64,000 nt of DNA from Thermodesulfobacteriota bacterium (GTDB lineage Bacteria > Desulfobacterota > Desulfobulbia > Desulfobulbales > SURF-16): assembly GCA_039715015.1 (NCBI GenBank), contig JBDLIE010000011.1:1843-65842 (forward strand). The letters are read 5' to 3'. The position numbers were made by a program, and so were the translations under genes. The notes below the pieces were generated by a model, which made no database searches, was not told the DNA's origin, and saw only the letters and a program-made list of their open reading frames with translations. Shown here piece after piece: positions 54,600 through 64,000 of the stretch (the first letter of the stretch is position 1; each line of letters opens with the position of its first letter).

Positions 54600-55815
54600 G
54601 GGCCCTCTCTTTTAGCAGTTTTCGGATCTGCTCAAAGATTTCATCATCAGCTAAACCTAACTTGCTGGCTGATTGAGCAAGGCTGCTGCGGCCATTGATC
54701 ATGGCCCAGAGGGGCTGAAGCTCTGGAAGAGGGCAGCTGTCAACAAGTCTTGCCGGAATGAGTTCTCTACGGAGAGGGAAATCCTCTTTTTCAGTGAGAC
54801 TGTCAGTAACTTCATCATCACCCAAATAGGCAAAGAGGGCAGGTTTCTTGTCATATTTGATTTCATGGGCGAATCTGTAGGCGCCAAAAGCTGCTTCTGC
54901 TCCTTGACCCATGGCGATAAGGGCAGCAAATGGAGGGCCTGCGCAGTCACCGGCAGCAAAAAGACCGGGCACTTCACTTCGGCAATTTTTTAGGGTCGCC
55001 ATGAAGCCGTTTTTTTGACAGGCGACCCCGGTTGGAAGTGGGCCGCGTTTCAGTTCAAGGGAGTTAAACTCAAGGATAATTTTGTCCACCGTTCTCTCAA
55101 CAAGACCTTTCTCTGTCTTTAATGTGGCGGAGACAAGTTTTCCATTCAGCCCTTTGATGGAGTGTAACTCCCCGGTCATCACTGTCACTGCCTCGGCATT
55201 GCTTTTTTCTCCTGGAGTTGGGCCGGGAATAAGGATGGTGGCATTTGGGTTACACTCCAAAATAGTTTTTTGTAACTGGAGAAGGTGGGGACCACCCAGA
55301 ACAAGGGGGGTTTTGCACCCTGCCAATTCCTTTTCAAGGATGGTGTAAATATTGTCGCGATTGCCGAAGGTGGCAACAACACCTTGTCGCCAGTAGTCAG
55401 CCATATTGCGGATATCAAGCATGCCGCTCGCCATAATGACCGCAAGAGCGCTGAGCTTTCGGCCATCCTCCAAGGTCAGCTCAAAATGGTCTTTTCGATG
55501 CTTAACTTCAATAACCTTGCCGCTCAACATGGGAAGAGGCCATTTTTTGAGATCTCCCTCCAGGCGTTTAACGAGTTCACCAGCAGGGAAAGCAAGTCCC
55601 GGGCTGGTGAGGGTGGAGTTGCCCAACCGGGCCAGGCCGCCAAGGGGGCCGGAGTTGATCAGGCAGGTGGAAAGGGGCAGGGGAGGCATTGTTTTGAGCC
55701 AGCGTAGGCGGATGGCAGCGGAAAGACCAGCCGGACCAGCACCGACAATGGCAATGTCTACATCCCAGGGATGACTTCCTGCCCAAGGGAAATCTGCGGC
55801 AGACTTACACTGCAT
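54577..55815 (-). CDS. FAD-dependent pyridine nucleotide-disulfide oxidoreductase (thioredoxin-reductase-like fold)
   Basis: DIAIVGAGPAGLSAAIRL (GxGxxG) and GLFAAGDCAGPP. I chose the ATG at 55815, an 11-nt overlap with the LeuD-like gene; the ORF track starts at 55908. Confidence 0.75.
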   Translation of the reverse strand: MQCKSAADFPWAGSHPWDVDIAIVGAGPAGLSAAIRLRWLKTMPPLPLSTCLINSGPLGGLARLGNSTLTSPGLAFPAGELVKRLEGDLKKWPLPMLSGKVIEVKHRKDHFELTLEDGRKLSALAVIMASGMLDIRNMADYWRQGVVATFGNRDNIYTILEKELAGCKTPLVLGGPHLLQLQKTILECNPNATILIPGPTPGEKSNAEAVTVMTGELHSIKGLNGKLVSATLKTEKGLVERTVDKIILEFNSLELKRGPLPTGVACQKNGFMATLKNCRSEVPGLFAAGDCAGPPFAALIAMGQGAEAAFGAYRFAHEIKYDKKPALFAYLGDDEVTDSLTEKEDFPLRRELIPARLVDSCPLPELQPLWAMINGRSSLAQSASKLGLADDEIFEQIRKLLKERALTFCPCR

Positions 55816-56296
55816 CGTTGAAGAGGATGTCAATGGACGGCAGCAGGCCGCCATTTGCCACCAGGTGTTTAACAAAACTTGATGGTGGCTCATAGGCAAG
55901 AGAGGCATGGCAGTTCTTGATCAGGCAGGTCTCTTCATCAAGCTCCACCTTGATTTCCTCGCCATGCTGCCAGGGGTGATCACCCCGGTAGCGGCAGACA
56001 GGGATGCCGAGATTAACCATGTTGCGGTAAAAAATACGGGCAAAGCTGCGAGCCAAGACCAGGGAAACCCCTCTGTCATGAAAGACTTGGGCAGTAACCT
56101 CCCGGGACGAACCGCAGCCAAAATTGTCGCCGCCGATAATAATGGCACCAGGCCTAATAGTATCGGCCCATTTGCTGGAAACACCGCGCAGGAAACCCTT
56201 CTGACGCTTGTTTTTATTCAGGCTGAAATAATTAGGGGGATGGATCAGGTCGGTGCAGATATTGTCACCGATAATATAGGCTCGATGGTTGGTCAT
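55805..56296 (-). CDS. leuD: Aconitase-family small subunit (3-isopropylmalate/homoaconitate dehydratase, LeuD-type)
   Basis: 163 aa. GDNICTDLIHP ... IIGGDNFGCGSSRE ... ARSFARIFYRN. Confidence 0.85.
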   Translation of the reverse strand: MTNHRAYIIGDNICTDLIHPPNYFSLNKNKRQKGFLRGVSSKWADTIRPGAIIIGGDNFGCGSSREVTAQVFHDRGVSLVLARSFARIFYRNMVNLGIPVCRYRGDHPWQHGEEIKVELDEETCLIKNCHASLAYEPPSSFVKHLVANGGLLPSIDILFNDAV

Positions 56297-56300
56297 AGTT

Positions 56301-57533
56301 TCATAGTGCTCGTGGATCAGTTATTACCCCAGTGAGGGCGCTTGCCGCCACCACCGGTGCAGAGGCAAGATAGGTGTCTCCTGGGCCGGTGCGGCCGGGG
56401 AAATTACGGTTCGAAGTGGCGATCATAGTCTGGCCTTTGCCGATAATGCCTTTGTCGATGCCGCCGCAGGGACCGCAGGAGGGGGCATCGATAATGCCTC
56501 CGGCTGTGATGATATCTTCAATATAACCGGCCTTAATGGCCTGGAGGTAAATATCCTGAGAGGCGGGGATGACCACAAGACGGACATTCGTGGCTGTTTT
56601 TTTACCCCGGACAATGGCAGCCGTGTCAGCAATGTCTTCAAGACGGCCACCGGTGCAGGAGCCGACAAAGGCCTGATTGACTACGATGTCGCCCAGGTCA
56701 CTCGCCTGTTCAACATCCCAGGGTGCTGGTGGGATGGAAACCAGACTGTGCTCCGGTATGGCTATGGCCAGGGTTTCATCGTATGAGGCGTCCGGATCTG
56801 GTTGTAACGTTGGGGCTGAATTTCCCTTTTCAGTCAGGTACGCCTTGGTAACCTCATCAGGGACAATCACGAAAAAAGAGGCCCCCATCTCAGCGGCCAT
56901 ACAGGCCAGGGAAAAACGGGAATCCATAGAAAGCAAATCATCAGTATGGTCAAAGCATTCGTAGGCATAATCGGGCATGGCACGGGTGCCACCCACCTGG
57001 TCGAGGATGGCCAAGGCCACATCTTTACCACGGACAAAGGTGTCACAATTTCCTGTTAACTCCAACTTGCAGACTGGTGGCCTTGGAAGCCAGGTGTAGC
57101 CGGTGACCATGGAAAAGAGAATGTCCGTTGAGCCGAGGCCGCAGGCCATACTGCCCAGGGCGCCGGCCATAATGGTGTGGGAGTCGGCGCCGATGATGAA
57201 TTGTCCAGGGCCAACCTCACTGTCTTCAACGAGGATCTGGTGGCAGATGCCCTGAAATGGTTTTCTTCTAATCCCTTTGAGTTCTGCCGTAAAATCAAGA
57301 TATTGCTGAAGAATTTCAGCTCTCTCCGCTGTGGCCGGTGGTACAAAATGATCTGCGGCGGCCAAAATTTTCTCTGGGTGGGCCAGGGCTTTGCCAAGCT
57401 CTGTAAAAGGCTCAATAAGCAAAGCGCCTGTGGCATCATGGAGGAGGAGATGGTCGTAGGTGATGAGGAGATGGTCATCTTCCCTGCGCAGGAGATGACC
57501 ATCGAGGATTTTTTCAATCAGGGTCTGCGCCAT
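56301..57533 (-). CDS. leuC: Aconitase-family large subunit (3-isopropylmalate/homoaconitate dehydratase, LeuC-type)
   Basis: 410 aa. MAQTLIEKIL, GADSHT, GSCTGGRLEDI and PSCGPCGG include the Fe-S ligand cysteines. Confidence 0.9.
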   Translation of the reverse strand: MAQTLIEKILDGHLLRREDDHLLITYDHLLLHDATGALLIEPFTELGKALAHPEKILAAADHFVPPATAERAEILQQYLDFTAELKGIRRKPFQGICHQILVEDSEVGPGQFIIGADSHTIMAGALGSMACGLGSTDILFSMVTGYTWLPRPPVCKLELTGNCDTFVRGKDVALAILDQVGGTRAMPDYAYECFDHTDDLLSMDSRFSLACMAAEMGASFFVIVPDEVTKAYLTEKGNSAPTLQPDPDASYDETLAIAIPEHSLVSIPPAPWDVEQASDLGDIVVNQAFVGSCTGGRLEDIADTAAIVRGKKTATNVRLVVIPASQDIYLQAIKAGYIEDIITAGGIIDAPSCGPCGGIDKGIIGKGQTMIATSNRNFPGRTGPGDTYLASAPVVAASALTGVITDPRAL

Positions 57534-58725
57534 CTTCGACCTCTGTGAGCAGTTGCTTGAAAATGTCCTGGCTAAGACCTGCGTGATTTTGGTAAAAATC
57601 CCGACATTGTTTAACGAAAGTATGCATCTCAGGGGATTTGCGGTTCTCTTGATATCCCTTTATCTTGGCAAGCAGCTGTCGCTTTTGGTTTTTGTTCAGC
57701 GAAATATCCATTTCCTTAAGAAGATGGTCAAGATGTTCCATGCCGGAATGTTTGCCCAGGGAAAAGGATCGCGCCTGGCCTACTTGCCCGGGTGCGTATG
57801 GTTCGTAACTTCCCTTTTGGCGGAGAAGGGCACGGGAATGAAGGCCGGATTCACACTTAAAGGTGTTTGAACCGCAGATAGGTTTAATGGGTGGGATGAT
57901 AAAGCCTGAGATAGCCTCCACCAGCCGGCAAAGCTTGAGTAAATGCCTGGGGTTAACATCGGTTTCTAGGTGAAGGAGGTTCTGGGCGGCAACAATGACT
58001 TCTTCCAAAGAGGCATTTCCTGCCCGCTCACCAATGGAGTTAACGGTGCCGGAAAAATAAATGGCCCCTGCCTCGATGGCTGCCAGGCTGTTGGCGGTAG
58101 CCAAACCATAATCATCGTGGCAATGGATGCCGAACTTGACCAGGGGGAAGGTTGTGCAGAGTTCTTTGACTTTGGCGTGCATAGACCATGGGGTCAAAGC
58201 GCCGACGCTTTCAGCAATAATAAATGAGGAGACTCCTTGGTCAACGAGCCGGGAGATAGTCTCGGCCTCTGTGCCCATTCCGGCCCGGCCCGCATCCTCC
58301 AAAACAACCATGACCTCCAGATCTAGGTCCTTGGCATGCTGGACGGCCTTGATGATAACCTCCTGGAATTGATCCAGGGTCATGGTGCGGATAAGACCGC
58401 TTAAAATCCGCGAAATGGGAAAAAAAAGAAAGATGCCTTGGGCACCAAGTTTTTTCGCTGAAGAGATCTCGACAATATCAGGGCGGACAGTGGCAAAAAC
58501 TTTGGCTTTAAGGCCCGCCTGGGCCACCGCTTGGAAGGAAGCAGTCTCCTCCTTGGATACAATGGGGAACCCGGCATCAAGGATGGAAACCCCTGCCGCA
58601 TCAAGGGCTGAGGCAATAGTCACCTTTTCATCAAGGGTGAAATAAACTCCGGCAGCCTGTTCTCCGTCGCGGAGAGTGGAATCGACGGTTATGATCGTTC
58701 GCGAGGATGATTGAGCAGAGGTCAT
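57514..58725 (-). CDS. 2-isopropylmalate/homocitrate/citramalate synthase family enzyme (short form without the LeuA regulatory domain)
   Basis: DSTLRDGEQAAGV and HCHDDYGLATANSLAAIEAGA. 403 aa. Confidence 0.85.
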   Translation of the reverse strand: MTSAQSSSRTIITVDSTLRDGEQAAGVYFTLDEKVTIASALDAAGVSILDAGFPIVSKEETASFQAVAQAGLKAKVFATVRPDIVEISSAKKLGAQGIFLFFPISRILSGLIRTMTLDQFQEVIIKAVQHAKDLDLEVMVVLEDAGRAGMGTEAETISRLVDQGVSSFIIAESVGALTPWSMHAKVKELCTTFPLVKFGIHCHDDYGLATANSLAAIEAGAIYFSGTVNSIGERAGNASLEEVIVAAQNLLHLETDVNPRHLLKLCRLVEAISGFIIPPIKPICGSNTFKCESGLHSRALLRQKGSYEPYAPGQVGQARSFSLGKHSGMEHLDHLLKEMDISLNKNQKRQLLAKIKGYQENRKSPEMHTFVKQCRDFYQNHAGLSQDIFKQLLTEVEDGADPD

Positions 58726-58918
58726 GAAAGGTGCATCAAAAGGCAGGAAGCCTTACCGTTCTTAAAACGGGGTTACTTGCCATGGGATGAAAATTATTTT
58801 ATAAAAAACTTTGGTTTAGAGCGGTAATTATACTTTATTTTAAAAATGAGATAGTAAACGGTATGGCACGATTTTGAAAGGTAAAAAAAAGAGTTGGCAG
58901 ACTGGGAGGAAAGTGGAG

Positions 58919-59671
58919 ATGGCATTAAAAACAAGGGTGATGAAAACGTCAGCTTTCATCCAGCCGACAGTGTATTTTCTTGTTGTCTTATTATCAGGTT
59001 GTGCAGCGCCGCAGCTTGATCTTTCCCTCAACGCTCCGTTGCCGAATGCGGCGACCTCCCTTGGCGCTCCTCCTCCCGTAGTCATCGGTGTTGAACCTTT
59101 TGTCGATATGCGCCCCCAGGCCCATGGCAGCGATAATCAGAAGTGGAAAGGTCTTTTTCCAGGCATCCTCTGGCTTGAGATTGGTACGGATATCCCAGAG
59201 ATCTACACGGCCTTCTCACCCTTTAGTTCTAAACCGATGAATTATTCCGTTGCCCTGGCCGTGGCGGAAATTCTCAATGGGGCCAAGGCCAGTAAAGAGG
59301 TCTTTTTTATCCCCCACAACAATCATTCCGGTTTTGAGTATAGGCTGGAGGGGACCCTCCACCGTAGCCTGGTGACAGAGACCAGCTATTTTTACGGCTC
59401 TTTCATGTATGCCTGGTTGACCAGGGTGATTGGCCTGCCTTACGTATCTTATGAGTTTGAACTGGATGTTGAGCTGCGGCTCCGCAAACTGGCAACTAAT
59501 GAGATCATCTGGCGCACGAGACTTAAGGGGGCGCAGGTGGATAAGTATTATAATATCTATAGCCTAAGTAAGGGTAAGGATGGCAAGCATCTCATTGCCT
59601 GGAACTTTGCCGACATTCTAACTCCGGAAGTGATTAAAAACATACCTGCCTTGCAAAAGGCATTGCAGTAA
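58919..59671 (+). CDS. Hypothetical lipoprotein
   Basis: Lipobox LLSGCAAPQ. The ATG at 58919 is preceded by GGAGGA; the ORF track starts at TTG 58874. Confidence 0.6.
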   Translation: MALKTRVMKTSAFIQPTVYFLVVLLSGCAAPQLDLSLNAPLPNAATSLGAPPPVVIGVEPFVDMRPQAHGSDNQKWKGLFPGILWLEIGTDIPEIYTAFSPFSSKPMNYSVALAVAEILNGAKASKEVFFIPHNNHSGFEYRLEGTLHRSLVTETSYFYGSFMYAWLTRVIGLPYVSYEFELDVELRLRKLATNEIIWRTRLKGAQVDKYYNIYSLSKGKDGKHLIAWNFADILTPEVIKNIPALQKALQ

Positions 59672-59846
59672 GGAAGGAAATAGTAGTTCGCCAAGGGCAA
59701 GAAAGCTTGATGGAGCATAGAACAGTAAGAGTTTAGTAGTGCCTTAGATTCGTTCATTTTGGACTGTGAGCTATAGTTCCTCTATGTGAGGGGGCCAAAA
59801 TGGACGAGGATGAGGTGCTAGTGAATTCTTACGTAAGGAAGATCGC

Positions 59847-60575
59847 GTGGAAGAGAATAAGAAGATTGTTTTAATTACTGGGGCAAGTAGGGGGATTGGT
59901 GCTGCTATTGCCAAGCGATTGGCCCCTGAATATGAGATCTGGCTTAATTATCGTTCAGATCATGAGAGCGCCGAAAAGGTTCAGAGGGAAGTAGAGGAGG
60001 GCGCCGGTGTTTGCCGCCTCCTGCCCTTTGATGTCGCAGATGAAGAGGGTGTTAAAAAGGCACTTGAACCTTTGCTTGCAGAACATACGGTATGGGGGCT
60101 TATTCATAATGCCGGCATCACAAGAGATACGCTGGTGGCAACCATGACCAGAGAGCAGTGGGATGCTGTTCTTAATGTTCATCTCACCGCCTATTTCCTT
60201 CTGACCAGGGCCCTTGCCAAGAATATGCTATTTGCCAGACAGGGCCGTATTATTGCCATTTCGTCCATTTCCGGTGAAACCGGGCAGTCCGGCCAGGTGA
60301 ATTATTCAGCGGCCAAGGCTGGCCTTATAGGTGCTTCTAAGGCCCTGGCCCGGGAGGTTGCCCGTCGCAATGTGCTTGTTAATGTTGTGTCCCCTGGCTT
60401 GATCGAAACAGAGATGACCGACAAACTACCCAAGGATAAATTGTTGCCCACCATACCCCTGAACCGCTATGGAAGCTGTGCAGAGGTGGCTGGAATAGTC
60501 AACTTCTTGCTCAGTGAGGAGGCAGGATACATTACCGGCCAGGTCATAGGGGTGAATGGCGGACTTTACATGTAG
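59847..60575 (+). CDS. fabG: 3-oxoacyl-ACP reductase
   Basis: ITGASRGIGAAIAKRL and catalytic YSAAKAG, with C-terminal GQVIGVNGGLYM. GTG start preceded by AAGGAAG. Confidence 0.9.
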   Translation: MEENKKIVLITGASRGIGAAIAKRLAPEYEIWLNYRSDHESAEKVQREVEEGAGVCRLLPFDVADEEGVKKALEPLLAEHTVWGLIHNAGITRDTLVATMTREQWDAVLNVHLTAYFLLTRALAKNMLFARQGRIIAISSISGETGQSGQVNYSAAKAGLIGASKALAREVARRNVLVNVVSPGLIETEMTDKLPKDKLLPTIPLNRYGSCAEVAGIVNFLLSEEAGYITGQVIGVNGGLYM

Positions 60576-60598
60576 GCTTTCTTGATGAAAGGAGAGCT

Positions 60599-63286
60599 TT
60601 ATTCTTCAGTGACTTTCAGAATTGACGCCATAACTGCTTCGGCCTGTTCAAAATTATCCTGTTCGAGATATTCTTGGAGTTGCCAGGTGTCGTCGGTTGC
60701 CACGGAGAGCAGGGTAGGTTTAAGAATGTAGAAGAGTTGCTTTGCCTCTTGGGCAGAGCTTTTGATAAACATGGCGAGCTGTTGGATGCGTCTTTGCTGT
60801 TCGGCAAGGGAGGTTGTGATGCTATGTTCATATAAGAGCTGTTCGTTTAATTCCGGGAATACTTCAGCCAGGGTTTGCTGGATGGGGATCAGTTTCTCTT
60901 TTAAGATTGTGAAATAGCCGGCAATGTTTTCGCCTTTCTTGCGGAGTTCACTGTCAAGGACGGTGGCACTCTGAACGACCTCGATGGCCCCTATATTTCC
61001 GGCGACACTTTTTAGAGTGTGGACAAGCTTTTCAGCCTCTGTCCAGTTTTCACCTGTGATGTATCTTTCAATAAGGGTCAATATTTCCCGGTAGTCGGTT
61101 GCAAACTGGATGAGTAAGTTTTTGTAGAGTAGTTTGTTGCCGGCCAGACGTCGAAGAGCCGTCACCTGGTCTATGCCAACGAGATTCTTGGGGATATGAT
61201 TAGAGGGCCGGGTTTGTTCGTCGAGCTCTTTTTTACGTTTTTCCGGTGGGGGCATCCATTTGGTCAGGGTCGCAAACATGTGTTGGGGGTCAAGGGGCTT
61301 GGAAACATGGTCGTTCATCCCCGCCTCCAGGCATTTCTCCTTATCACCGCCCATGGCATAGGCTGTCATGGCAATGATTGGCAGTGCACCATGTTTTTGT
61401 CTTCTTTCGCTACTCTGCTCCCATTGCCGTATTCTCCGCGACGCTTCATGGCCATCCATGACAGGCATCTGGACGTCCATCAGGATGAGGTCGAAATCTT
61501 GGCTTTTCACAAGTTCGACAGCGTCATAGCCATTATGAACCACTGTCACCGATGCGCCCCACGATTCGAGGATTTCCTGGGCAACCTGGCGGTTAATGGC
61601 ATTATCCTCGGCCATGAGGATTTCTGCGTTCTCTATGGATTTTCTTAGGTGTTCTTCTTCGCCTGAAAATGGAGCTGCTAGAAGAGATGGGACCTTTTTC
61701 TTGGCAAAGGCTTTGAGGATACCATCGAAAAGATTTTGTTTATTTACCGGTTTAAACAAGAGGCCGTCCAGACCAAGCTCTTCTGTCTTACGGTAAATAT
61801 CAGTGGCCTCATAGGCGGTCACCATGATAATTGCGGGCTTGATGGGTAAGTCGTCATTGTTAATCACTTTCCGGGCACAATCAATGCCGTTTACTCCGCC
61901 CATCTGCCAGTCACAGATGACGAGCAGGAAGGGGTCGCCCATTTCAGCGGCCCTGTCAATGAGGCTGAGGCCCTCCTCTCCTGAACTGGCCAGTGTCACT
62001 CGTAAAGAAAAGGATTCGAGGATGATCTTGAATATTTTCTGGACTGTGGAATTGTCATCAACCACGAGAACATTCATGTCCAGCAGGCTTTCAGGCAGGT
62101 GGTCTGCGCAGGCAATATCCGAGGAGGCACGGTCGAATGTGATCTCAAAACTGAATGTAGAGCCCTGGCCCGGTTCACTCTCAAGCTGGAGGTTCCCTCC
62201 CATCAGGCCAATTAACAATCTGCTGATGGTCAGCCCGAGCCCGGTACCCCCATACATATGGCTTGTGGCGACGTCAGCCTGGCGGAAGGCATCAAAGACA
62301 GTCTCCTGCTGTTTTTTCGTCATGCCGATGCCGGTATCCATTACAGAAAAGCGGAATGTGACATTTTCGTCTGTCTTGCCGACAACCTCAGTGCCGATTA
62401 CAATTTCCCCCATATCGGTGAATTTTGTGGCGTTATTTACCAGGTTGATAAGGATCTGGCTTAAGCGCAGAGGGTCGCCAATAAGGTCAGTAGGGGCTTC
62501 AGGGTCAGTGGAAATGATGAGCTCGACATTGGTTGGTTGGTCTCTCGTTGAAACAATGTTCGTAACATTCTGGAGAATGTCTTCAAGGTTGAACCCACTT
62601 TTTTTCAGTTCCAGCTTGCTTGCTTCAATTTTGGAAAGATCCAGGATGTCGTTAATGATATCAAGCATGTTCCGTGAGGCCTGCTTGATTTTTTTTAAGT
62701 AGTCCTCCTGCTTGCGGGAAAGATCCGTTTCAGAAACGAGATGCGACATGCCAATAATGGCGTTAAGCGGCGTCCTGATTTCGTGGCTCATATTTGCCAG
62801 AAATTGGCTTTTCTGACGGTTGGCATTTTCCGCCATCCGGCTGGCTTCTTCAATCTCTACATGACGAATCTGTTTTTCCAGCTCCCTTTTTTGATTAAGA
62901 ACATCAAGGCCGCGGTGAACGACAATTTTGAGCTCATCTTCAGTGAACGGATTGCTGAAGATGTGGTAGACATGGGCCTGGTTGACCGCTGAAATGAATA
63001 ATTGAGGATCATCATCATTAAGAATGATCAATCGGAATACATCCTGGAAGCTGGCACGAATCTCAGAAAAGAAGTTAATGATGGATCCGCTTTCAAGATC
63101 AATGGTGCCGATGACTGCCTGAATATCATGCTGGCAGAGTAGAGCATTACCCTCTTCAGTGGACCCTGCAGTGAGGATGGTAAAGTTGGAACTGAATTTA
63201 TCTGTGAATTCTTGACGGTGCAGGGCGTCTCCATCAAGATAGAGAATACACGGTTTGCTTTGCGCACTTGTACTCATATACAACAC
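60599..63286 (-). CDS. Cytoplasmic hybrid sensor histidine kinase (REC-like, HisKA, HATPase_c, REC, REC, HPt)
   Basis: H-box [11 protein letters not shown] and G-box GTGLGLTIS. The receiver aspartate contexts are [12 protein letters not shown] and [13 protein letters not shown]. The HPt motif is [13 protein letters not shown] see no TM segment. Confidence 0.9.
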   Translation of the reverse strand: MLYMSTSAQSKPCILYLDGDALHRQEFTDKFSSNFTILTAGSTEEGNALLCQHDIQAVIGTIDLESGSIINFFSEIRASFQDVFRLIILNDDDPQLFISAVNQAHVYHIFSNPFTEDELKIVVHRGLDVLNQKRELEKQIRHVEIEEASRMAENANRQKSQFLANMSHEIRTPLNAIIGMSHLVSETDLSRKQEDYLKKIKQASRNMLDIINDILDLSKIEASKLELKKSGFNLEDILQNVTNIVSTRDQPTNVELIISTDPEAPTDLIGDPLRLSQILINLVNNATKFTDMGEIVIGTEVVGKTDENVTFRFSVMDTGIGMTKKQQETVFDAFRQADVATSHMYGGTGLGLTISRLLIGLMGGNLQLESEPGQGSTFSFEITFDRASSDIACADHLPESLLDMNVLVVDDNSTVQKIFKIILESFSLRVTLASSGEEGLSLIDRAAEMGDPFLLVICDWQMGGVNGIDCARKVINNDDLPIKPAIIMVTAYEATDIYRKTEELGLDGLLFKPVNKQNLFDGILKAFAKKKVPSLLAAPFSGEEEHLRKSIENAEILMAEDNAINRQVAQEILESWGASVTVVHNGYDAVELVKSQDFDLILMDVQMPVMDGHEASRRIRQWEQSSERRQKHGALPIIAMTAYAMGGDKEKCLEAGMNDHVSKPLDPQHMFATLTKWMPPPEKRKKELDEQTRPSNHIPKNLVGIDQVTALRRLAGNKLLYKNLLIQFATDYREILTLIERYITGENWTEAEKLVHTLKSVAGNIGAIEVVQSATVLDSELRKKGENIAGYFTILKEKLIPIQQTLAEVFPELNEQLLYEHSITTSLAEQQRRIQQLAMFIKSSAQEAKQLFYILKPTLLSVATDDTWQLQEYLEQDNFEQAEAVMASILKVTEE

Positions 63287-63462
63287 CTTCCATCCCTGGA
63301 ACTAAGGATTGTTGCAGCACAAATCGGGTCACAATGAAACATAGTTTTTTTATGATATATATATTCGGATTGATCCGTCAAATGTTTAGGAGTTTGATGG
63401 CGGCATAACAAGAAATGCTGATGCCACAAGGCTTTTTCAGGGTTGGCACGGTTGGAAAACGA

Positions 63463-63660
63463 TCATGCAGGATCAAAGCCAATTTTACTGATGGCTTCTT
63501 TGATATTATCAATAGAAACAGAGGATTCAGCCGTATATGTGGCCTCAGATTTTTCGAGATTAACAGAGACGTTTGATAACCCGGAGATGTTTTCCAGGGC
63601 TTTGGTGACAGAAGAGACGCAGTGTTGACATTTCATGCCGTTAATTTTAATCGTGGCCAT
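63463..63660 (-). CDS. copZ: Heavy-metal-associated copper chaperone
   Basis: 65 aa with the HMA motif GMKCQHC. Confidence 0.85.
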   Translation of the reverse strand: MATIKINGMKCQHCVSSVTKALENISGLSNVSVNLEKSEATYTAESSVSIDNIKEAISKIGFDPA

Positions 63661-63834
63661 AATTTTTACTTCCCCAAGTTATGGTTTTAGTTCAAAAGGT
63701 GTTTAAGTTATCATGAATAAGATTAGGAAGGTAACTCTCTAATAATAATAGATTAGCCTTCAGCTATAACCAATATCAAGTTAATTCTTCCTTCCTAACA
63801 GGGGTGTGGGGGGGATTCGTAAAAAAGGTGTTTT

Positions 63835-64000
63835 ATGGTTTCTGACAGATCAAAAAAACTCGCACTGCCGGTCAAAGGGATGCATTGTGCCTCCTGCTCT
63901 TCACGTATTGAAAAAGTTGTTGGTGGCATGGATGGCGTACATGATTGTGCCGTCAATTTGGCCACAGAGGTGATGAGTCTCTCTTTTGACGAAGGAAAAA
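63835..64000 (+). CDS. copA: Heavy-metal P-type ATPase, N-terminal HMA domain only (truncated by the window end)
   Basis: Manual translation gives MVSDRSKKLALPVKGMHCASCSSRIEKVVGGMDGVHDCAVNLATEVMSLSFDEGK (GMxCxxC). The frame is open to the window end and the gene is divergent from copZ. Confidence 0.7.
   Translation, partial: MVSDRSKKLALPVKGMHCASCSSRIEKVVGGMDGVHDCAVNLATEVMSLSFDEGK

Noticed and set aside
63724-63797. An 8-bp inverted repeat, taggaagg / ccttccta, lies in the copZ-copA divergent region and could be a metal-regulator operator.
   Set aside because: The arms are 58 nt apart, which is too far for MerR/CueR or CsoR-type operators. The match is also short.
1-64000. I looked for CRISPR arrays, tRNA/rRNA genes, transposases, integrases, prophage genes or known defence systems.
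   Set aside because: I found no regularly spaced direct repeats, no tRNA-like cloverleaf or CCA ends, no rRNA-like segments and no DDE/tyrosine recombinase-like ORFs. The only repeats are the short intercistronic elements reported above.

Overview
The gene content suggests a chromosome of an anaerobic Desulfobacterota (Desulfobulbaceae-like) bacterium, but this taxon guess is inference only. The window has three parts.

(1) 1-15 kb holds mixed housekeeping and accessory genes. These are ftsH, an OmpA-family lipoprotein, a Sir2 deacetylase, a stand-alone DUF2156 (MprF C-terminal-like) gene coupled to a heterodimeric ABC exporter, a DUF3179 gene interrupted by one in-frame TGA, a carboxymuconolactone decarboxylase (CMD)-family protein, an ABC-F ATPase and a His-rich membrane protein.

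(2) About 15.1-54.6 kb is the main feature: one very large, tightly packed lipid/polyketide-type cluster. It is arranged as two divergent arms around an AT-rich region at 35036-35373.
- It has an aryl-polyene/type II FAS-like scaffold: ACP, thioesterase, GT2, KS, a chain-length-factor (CLF)-like partner, a fused KS-CLF, FabD-like, FabZ-like and SDR/KR proteins, an LpxL-type acyltransferase, a LolA-like carrier and an MMPL exporter.
- It adds nine radical SAM enzymes: eight with N-terminal B12-binding-type domains and one SPASM-type.
- It also carries two CrtI-like flavin desaturases, two SAM methyltransferases, a LuxE/LuxC-like pair, a U32-family Fe-S protein, an ATP-grasp ligase, a polysaccharide deacetylase and a PLA2-motif lipoprotein.
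- From memory, this composition resembles the candidate ladderane-type clusters discussed for anammox bacteria, which were noted to have Desulfotalea homologues. I know of no assigned product for such a cluster.
- Several intercistronic gaps inside the cluster hold structured repeat elements.

(3) 54.6-64 kb holds a LeuA/LeuC/LeuD-like 2-oxoacid elongation operon with an FAD oxidoreductase, a lipoprotein, fabG, a cytoplasmic hybrid histidine kinase, and divergent copZ/copA (copA truncated at the window end).

I recognised no rRNA, tRNA, CRISPR array, transposase or integrase.
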